From assembly GCF_009914755.1 (NCBI RefSeq), contig NC_060947.1: 64,000 nt of DNA; one strand, given 5' to 3'. Below the pieces are notes generated by a model. It searched no databases. It had not been told where the DNA came from and was given only the letters and a program-made list of their open reading frames with translations. Shown here piece by piece: positions 55,667-64,000 of the stretch; position 1 is the stretch's first letter, and the number at the start of each line of letters is the position of its first letter. This DNA comes from the human T2T-CHM13v2.0 reference genome, Homo sapiens. Position numbers and translations under genes: made by a program.

Positions 55667-56988
55667 CTAAAAGTCACTTCCACTTGGTTATATTGGACCC
55701 AGGATGGTGAGGAATTTGCATTCAGCCCTGACCACGTGCTCCCCACATGGGTGCAGGAGGACAAATTTGTCAGGCAGCACCACTGGATGAAGACTTGGCA
55801 TCTTCCGGCCCAATGTGGAGACAACTCTGTCTTCATCCTTCTAACTGACTAGGGTAGGAAGAGTGATTTACAGCTCTAGCTACCATAGGCCTGAGACATA
55901 TCTCATAACAGAGGTGCTGGGAGAGCCGCCTTTTCCCCCCAGAACCCACCTGCCTGCCTGGCCCGGGGACCGTGGGGACCTGGGCTCCCTGGGGGATGGG
56001 GCAGAAGTGGCAGTAAAATAAATGGAGCGAGTAGAGGTGAGAAATAGAAGCTCCCCCCATTTGATTCCCCTCACTCTCCTCCCCAGTCAGGACCTCTCTT
56101 CCTGTGTTCTCTGCACCTGACGTGTCCCTTCTCTTCCAGCTTGTCAATGTGACCGGAATAAATGGAGGGATGAGTCAGGGCCTGGCATTGATCAAGGAGC
56201 TGGGAGGGAGGGTCTGGGCCTCTGTCTCTAGTACTTCCTGTTATTGGCAGCAAGGCGGGAGATAAGTCAGACCCCTGCATTCAGTTGCTAGAGAGGTGGC
56301 TGAGAGGAAGTCACTGAAGGGACCAAGAAGTGACATTTGTCATTTTCTCTCCTGCCTCCAGCTTTCTTTGGCTCACATTTCCACCCTATGCCCTAGGCTG
56401 CCCTGACATTCAGCCCTGCTGCCCCAGTGCCCTCCAGGACTTGTATCCCCACCCATCCATTGTACAGCAAATTCTGATCCAGAATATATTAGGATGTGAA
56501 ACCCCATGTGTTCTTGATCTTCGATCTCTAATTGCCATGGTTAAGATAGAAATGACATTCTTGAGGTTCATCTATTTGAGAGAAAGAATCTAATCTACAG
56601 CTGACTGTGGCTCTGCCCTTCCCCATCTCCATTTCTTGATCCTTGTTAAGATAATGTAGAATTTGGGATTCATATAGTTATCAATATACTGTTTTATATA
56701 ATAATCTTTTGGTTCAGCCTGGGCAACATGGTGAAACTCCATCTCCACAAACAAATATAAAAATTAGCTGGGTGCAGTGGTGTGTGTCTATAGTCCCAGC
56801 TACTCAAGAGGCTGAGGTGGGAGGATCACTTGAGCCCCGGAGGCAGAGGTTGTGGTGAGCCAAGATCACACCACTGCACCCTAGCCTGGGTGACAGAGGG
56901 AGAGACCCTGTCTAAAAATAACAACAACAGCAACGAGAATAATCCTTTGGTCATATGTTGACCAAAGGTTACAGTTTTATAACTGGAT

Positions 56989-56990
<2 letters not shown>

Positions 56991-57045
<55 letters not shown>

Positions 57046-57052
57046 TTTTTTT
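56991..57052. repeat. (AT)n followed by poly-T (Alu tail)
   Basis: Seen directly. Confidence 0.95.
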
Positions 57053-57054
57053 GA

Positions 57055-57162
<108 letters not shown>

Positions 57163-57552
57163 TAGCTGGGACTACAGGCCTGTGCCACCACGCCCAGCTA
57201 ATTTTTGTATTTTTAGTAGAGATGGGGTTTCCTCATGTTGGCCAGGCTGGTTTCGAACTCCTGGCCTCAAGTGATCTGCCCGCCTTGGCCTCCTGAAGTG
57301 CTGGGATTACAGGCGTGAGCCACCGCGCCTGGCCTGAAGGCATAATTTTTAAACCATAATTATGTTTTTGTTTTGTTTTTGTTTTTGTTTTAAGAGACGG
57401 GGTCTCACTCTGTTGCTCAGGCTTGTCTTGAATTCCTGGGCTCAAGCGATCCTCCCACTTCGGCCTCCCAAAGTGCTGGGATTACAGGCACGAGCCACTG
57501 CTCCTGGCCTCATAATTATGTTTAACCTGCTTCATTTTTCACTGCCAGGCTC

Positions 57553-57745
57553 AGCAGTGTCCAATAGAAATATAACGTGAGCCACCTATGTAATTTTAAA
57601 TTTTCTTGAAACCACTTTATAAAAAGTAAAAAGAAACAAGTGAAATTAATTTTAATCATATATTTTATTTAACTCAATAGCTCCTAAATTGCATCATTTC
57701 AGCATGTAATCAATATAAAAATATTAATGAAATATTTTACAATCT
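57553..57745. mobile_element. MER33-like hAT-Charlie fragment
   Basis: CAGCAGTGTCCAATAGAAATATAACGTGAGCCAC. Confidence 0.6.
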
Positions 57746-57997
57746 GACCCAACAAGCTGGTAGATCTGACATGAAAACGTGTCTACCCATTAGGATGTCT
57801 ATAATTTAAAAAAAACATAGAAAATAACAAGTGTTGGTGAGAACGTAGAGAAATTGGAACCCTGGTGCACTGCACTGTTGGTGTGATTGTAAAATGGTGC
57901 AACTGATATGAAATAGTTTAGAGGTTCCTCAAAAACTTAAAACTAGAACCACCATATAATCCAACAATTTCATTTCTGAGTATACATCAAAAGAATT

Positions 57998-58630
57998 GTG
58001 CCCGGCATGGTGGCTCATGCCTGTAATCCCAGTGCCCTGGAAGGCTGAGGCGGTGGGTGGATCGCTTGAGCCCAGGAATTCAAGACCAGCCTAGGCAACA
58101 TGGTGAAACCCTGTCTCTACCAAAAAAAAATTAAAAAGTTTGGCAGGAGTGGTGGTATGTGCCTGTAGTCCCAGCTACTTGAGAGGCTAAAGCAGGAGGA
58201 TCTCTCTCTTTTTTTTTTTTTTTTTTGAGACAGAGTCTCACTCTGTTGCCCAGGCTGGAGTGAAGTGGCATGCTCTCGGCTCACTGCAACCTCGCCTCTT
58301 GAGTTCAAGTGATTCTTGTGCCTCAGCCTCCCTAGTAGCTGGGATTACAGGTGCGCGCCACACACCTGGCTAATTTTTATATTTTTAGTAGAGACGGGGT
58401 TTCACCATGTTGGCCAGGCTGGTCTCAAACTCCCGACCTGAGGTGATCCGCCCACCTCAGCCTCCCAAAGTGCTAGGATTATAGGCGTGAGCCACCACGC
58501 CCCGCCTTGGGAGGATCTCTTGAGCTCAGGAGATTGAGGCTGCAGTGAGCCAAGATTTTGCTACTGCACTCCAGCCTGGGCAACAGTAAAACCCTGTCTA
58601 AAAAAAAAAAAAAGAAGAAGAAGAAGAAAA
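57998..58630. mobile_element. Minus-strand AluS inserted into an older plus-strand Alu
   Basis: TSD GGAGGATCTCT at 58195-58205 and 58510-58520 flanks the inner Alu; the outer Alu resumes afterwards. Confidence 0.8.
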
Positions 58631-59482
58631 AGAATTGAAAGCAGGGTCTTGAAGAGATATTTGTACACCCGTGCTCATAGCGTTATTTTTATTTGAGGCA
58701 GGGTCTTGTTCTATTGCCCAGGCTGGAGTGCAGTAGCGCAATCTTGGCTCACTGCTACCTTGACCTTCTGGGCTTAAGGAATCCTTTCACCTCAGCCTCC
58801 TGAGTAGCTGGGACCACAGCCACACACCACCACATCAGACTAATTTTTAAATTTTTTGTAGAGACAAAAAGTCTTACTATGTTGCCCAGGCTGGTCTCGA
58901 ACTCCTGGGTTCAAGTGATCCTCCCACCTAGAGCTCCCAAAGTGTTGGGATTACTGGTACGAGCCACTGTGCCTGGCCCTCCCTCACTTTTTTACAAGAC
59001 AGTGTCTCATTCTGTCTCAAAGTGAGACTGAGGGAATAGAGGTGAGAAATGGAAGCTCCCCCCATTTGATTCCCCTCACTCTTCTCCCCAGTTAGGACCT
59101 CTTTTCCTGTATTTTCTGCACCTGACGTGTCCTTTCTCTTTCATCTTGTCCCTGTGACTGGAATAAATGGAGGGATGAGTCAGGGCCTGGCATTGATCAA
59201 GGAGCTAGGCATTGATCAAGGAGCTAGAAGAGAGAGCTGGGCCTCTGTCTCTAGTACTTCCTGTTACTGGCAGAAGGGCGGGAGACAAGTCATAGAAAAC
59301 AACTTTCCCAAAATAAAGTGTTGACGAGAATATGGAGAAATTGGAACTCTGGTGCACTGTTGGTGGGATTGTAAAATGGTGCAACCAGGCTGGCGCAGTG
59401 GGTCATGCCTGTAATCCCAGTACTTTGGGAGGCTGAGGTGGGTGGATCATTTGAGGTTAGGAGCTTGAGACCAGCCTGATCA

Positions 59483-59662
<180 letters not shown>

Positions 59663-61189
59663 CTATCTCTAAAAAAATAAAATAAAATGTGCAACCAATA
59701 GGAAATAGTTTGGAGTTTCCTCAAAAAATTAAAAATAGAACTACCATATAACTCAGCCATTTTACTTCTGAGTATATATAAAAAAGAATTGAAAGCAGGG
59801 CCTTGAAGTGATATTTGCACACCCACATTCAGAGCAGCATTATTTTTTTCTCAAGCTGGAGTGCAATGGTGTGATCATAGCTCACTGCAGCCTCAAACTC
59901 TCAGGCTCAAGTGATCTTCTTGCCTTGGCCTCCCAAGGTGTGGGGATTACAGGTGTGAGCCACTGTACCCAGCCTGAGCTCTTTTAAAAATATTCTACAT
60001 ATAAGTGAAGTCATGAAATATTTTTCTGCCTGTGTCTTAAGCAAAGCTATCCTTCAAAAATGAAGGAGAAATTAAAGTTTTTCCCTGACAAGAAAAAGCT
60101 GACGGAATTTATCACCACTAGACCAGTCTTAAATGTGGATTTCTAAACCTTGCTAGTCAGTTTGCCAATATTTTAACTTATACCTGTAGCATTTTAATGT
60201 CTATTTTATTCCATAAAGATGTATTGGGTACCAGATGTGTGCTTGACACATGGTTACCTGTGGGTCTTTTTATTTCAATTTCATCTTTTACACCAAAAGC
60301 TTCTAGGCCTGCCTCCACTATCCAGGTGCCCTGCACTCTCCATTAGGGTGCTGGGGCTAGGGCTCAGATGCCTAGATTCTCCTGAGAACCATCAGCCAGG
60401 GAAGAGGAGTTGGGAATGGAAAGCTGCCTTGTTTGTCCGGTACATATGCATATGTAGTTACTGGGGAATTGTAGTTACTGGGAAATTAAATCAGGGCCAA
60501 CATGTGCATGTTTCTAACGTGGGGATAGATTTCTTCAATTCATTAGATCAATTGAGAGATTCTTAACTGTTTTGAACAGACAAATGTTGACAGGAGTTTA
60601 TTTCCAGAGGCATATGGACTAAGAGTTTAGGTCTGTGGTGTATATCAGGGTGGGGATTGTTAAGGAAAAGGGATATCTGGGTATTAGGGGAAGGGGTGCA
60701 CAGATATGTAGGACCGACCCACAGGCCTGGGTGACATCTGGACATCGCCTTACCAAGGAGCCCCGGTGCCCTCCTCAAGCCCTGCCCAGCTCCTTTTCCT
60801 GCCTGGCCACAGCCTGGGATGTACCTGGCTTCCCTTTATCTATAAAAAGGAAAGGCTTCCATTTATTTTAATATGAATTTATGCACATTCTACAAAGGCA
60901 TTACCACACCTGCAGAAAACCATTGTTCGTACTTGGAGGGAGTTTTGATGATCATTCCTGTTCTGTGTATAGTTCACATTTTTACATGGAGATTTCTGTG
61001 TGTGTATCCTGCCTTTTTTGCTTTAATAGTACATGAAAATAATTTCCCATGATGTTACATAGTATTGATAAACAATTTTTCAAATGGTTCCATAATATTT
61101 TTAAAGAGACTGTCTACCTGAGTTTCTTTAATTTCATATTCCCTGTGGCTTCAGATGTTTCCTTTTTTAAGGATAATGCTTTGATAAGT

Positions 61190-62100
61190 ATCTTTACACG
61201 CGTACGCGCACACACACATCCATCTCTGATCCATCAATCTATCAAAAGAAGAGGAGGATGGAGAAGATGGAGGAGGTGAGGGAAGAGGAAAGGAGGAGGG
61301 CTGCTCCTTCACGTCGTGAGCTCTGCGGGTGGTTGCGGAGCCTGGGTGAACACGACCGTGACCGTGGCTGCGAAGGCGGGCCCCGCCCTCTGACTGCGGA
61401 CTACGCGGCGGCGCCTGTGCCGCAGTAGCGCTGGACCTTGGCCTCTGGCGGTCTCTGGCGCCCCCTCCCGTTCGCATCGTGAAGCTGGGCCGAGCCCGCT
61501 GCCCGCCGTTCCTCGCTCCTGTCTGCACCTCCTCCTCCGTTTTGCTTCCCTGCAGCTTTTGCCCCGCCCCCCTTCCCCTGCCTCCCCCTGGCCCTCCGCG
61601 TGTTAATTTAGGGGCCCCAACCCGGGGAACCCCTCGCAGAGCCAGCTGCTGTCGTTAGGCCCGGGTGAGTGAGCAGGACGAGAGGGCACGGCTGGCGACG
61701 GAGCCCCTCCCAGCGCTGCGGCGGGAGAGGGGGCTCAGCTCGAGTCGCCACCCGGACTCGCCGGACCCAGAGCTCCTCTTTGGGGTTCCCGCTCTCCCGC
61801 TCCCCGTGCTCCTGGGAAGAGGTTCTGGAAACGACCGAATCTGGGTGCAATCGGGGTGGCGCACAATCGCGCCCCTCCAGTCCCCTCCTGCGGGCAGAGG
61901 AAGTGGGACTCGAGGACCAGAGCTCTCGGGCCTCCTGATCCAGGGACCTGCCATTTCCTGGCCCAGGACCCCGGGAATGCCCGAGCATGGCACCTCGACG
62001 TGGCAGGAAAACTGTTCAGGAGGCGGCAGAGGAGCCTGTGGGGGACGGGAGGCAGCCACCTCCCCGCGTCCTTCGAACCCTTTGCTTGGGCTGCCGGGCA
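61190..62100. promoter_or_regulatory. Second CpG island with no recognisable gene
   Basis: CpG-rich, non-repetitive sequence with GC boxes (about 61380 and 61561), TCACGTCG near 61308, and splice-like signals: acceptor TTTTGCTTCCCTGCAG ending 61555 and donor CGG|GTGAGT at 61665. Confidence 0.8.
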
Positions 62101-62622
62101 TCAATACCCCAACTCACCCAGCACCCCCTCTTCAGAATAACCTCAAAACCCAACCGGGCTCCTGGCCACAGGGCCTTCTCTTAGTCCAACCACCAGGCTG
62201 AGTGAATCCTCGTGGAGCCAGGAGGGTCCTCAGTGACCCTGCACAAACCCGTTATCAAGTCACCCCAAGTGGGATCCAATTAGCATCCTGTCTCACCCAG
62301 AATCGCCACTTACCACACCTCTACCTGCCTCTGTGTGCTTGGTCCCCACCATTTCTCCTGCAGTCCCAGACTAAGGAAGGACTGGACGGCCCGACCCAAG
62401 CCTCCCGCAAATGATTTTAAGGAAGGAGATGCCCCTCGGCAGCCAGACATGAGGATTGATTCCAGGACTCACCCAGCTGCTGCCCCAGGGACCCCACAGA
62501 CTTCCCAAGCAGAGCCAGTTCCCTGGGAGGGCTGCATGGAGGAGGAGACCTGCCAACACTGGAGCCGAGGGGTTTCTACTGATTCATTCACAAAGCTTAG
62601 ATCTCAGATCTTGGACACATGA

Positions 62623-62939
<317 letters not shown>

Positions 62940-63004
62940 TAGGATTACAGACGTGAGCCACCAGCCCAGCCTCCATTTATTCTTCTATCCACACATTCGC
63001 CAAG

Positions 63005-63300
63005 TACAGTCATCCCTCAGTATCCAGGAGAAATTGGTTCCAGGACCCCCACGGATACCAAAACCCACGGATACTCACACCCCAGATATTAAATGGTGTA
63101 GTGGTTGCATGTAATGCACACATATCCTCTTGTACACTTTAAACCATCTCTAGATAACTTATAATACTTCATACTATGTAAATAGTTGCTATACTGTATT
63201 ATTTGTATTATTTTTATTTTATTTTTTTTCTGAATATTTTCTATCTTTGGTTGGTTGAATCTGAGGATGCAAAACCAGGCATAGGGTGGACTGGATGTTG
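63005..63300. mobile_element. MER2-like TcMar-Tigger element
   Basis: TACAGTCATCCCTCAGTATCC...TTGGTTCCAGGACCCCC...GGATACCAAAA...TTGGTTGAATC. Confidence 0.75.
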
Positions 63301-63449
63301 GTCCTGGTATTTGGGATGAAAGGAGAGTGAGAGGGCGTTCAGGGCAGGAAAGAAAGAAGCTGGCATTACAGCCGAGTGCAGTCAGGGACCTTGGGAGGCC
63401 TGCCAACAGCACATGCAGAAAAGCTGGGAGCACTGGGGCGAGTTGCTCA

Positions 63450-63977
<528 letters not shown>

Positions 63978-64000
63978 TCAGACTGGTGTTTGGGAAGGTT

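Noticed and set aside
61151-62201. ORFs up to 178 aa across CpG island 2
   Set aside because: Open on both strands because of GC content, and no recognisable protein.

Overview
This is Alu-dense primate genomic DNA, most likely human: it carries a diagnostic AluYa5. I recognise it as the 5' half of the KRAB zinc-finger gene ZNF41 on the minus strand plus its upstream region (Xp11, toward ARAF; locus identity is recalled from the N-terminal peptide MAANGDSPPWSPALAAEGRGSSCE, not looked up). The first coding exon is at 5290-5640, with an alternative donor at 5204, and the CpG-island promoter is at about 20.4-21.2 kb. The main finding is a 3.87-kb retrocopy of NUS1 (NgBR) at 47673-51540 on the minus strand. 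It has a poly(A) tail, a 16-bp target-site duplication (TSD) and a fully intact 293-codon ORF, with an in-frame upstream ATG and a patchwork duplication in its 3' UTR. Smaller retroposed RNAs are a SNORA51-like copy (13.5 kb) and a tailless 5' half of tRNA-Lys(CTT) (28.0 kb). Also present: a second, apparently orphan CpG island (61.2-62.1 kb); a triplicated ~250-bp segment within an inverted duplication (54-60 kb) that overlaps possible decayed coding exons; an array of 5'-splice-site-like repeats just inside ZNF41 intron 1; a fused inverted-Alu hairpin; and many L1, LTR and DNA-transposon fossils. No prokaryotic-type systems are present, and most ORFs in the supplied track are Alu or low-complexity artefacts.
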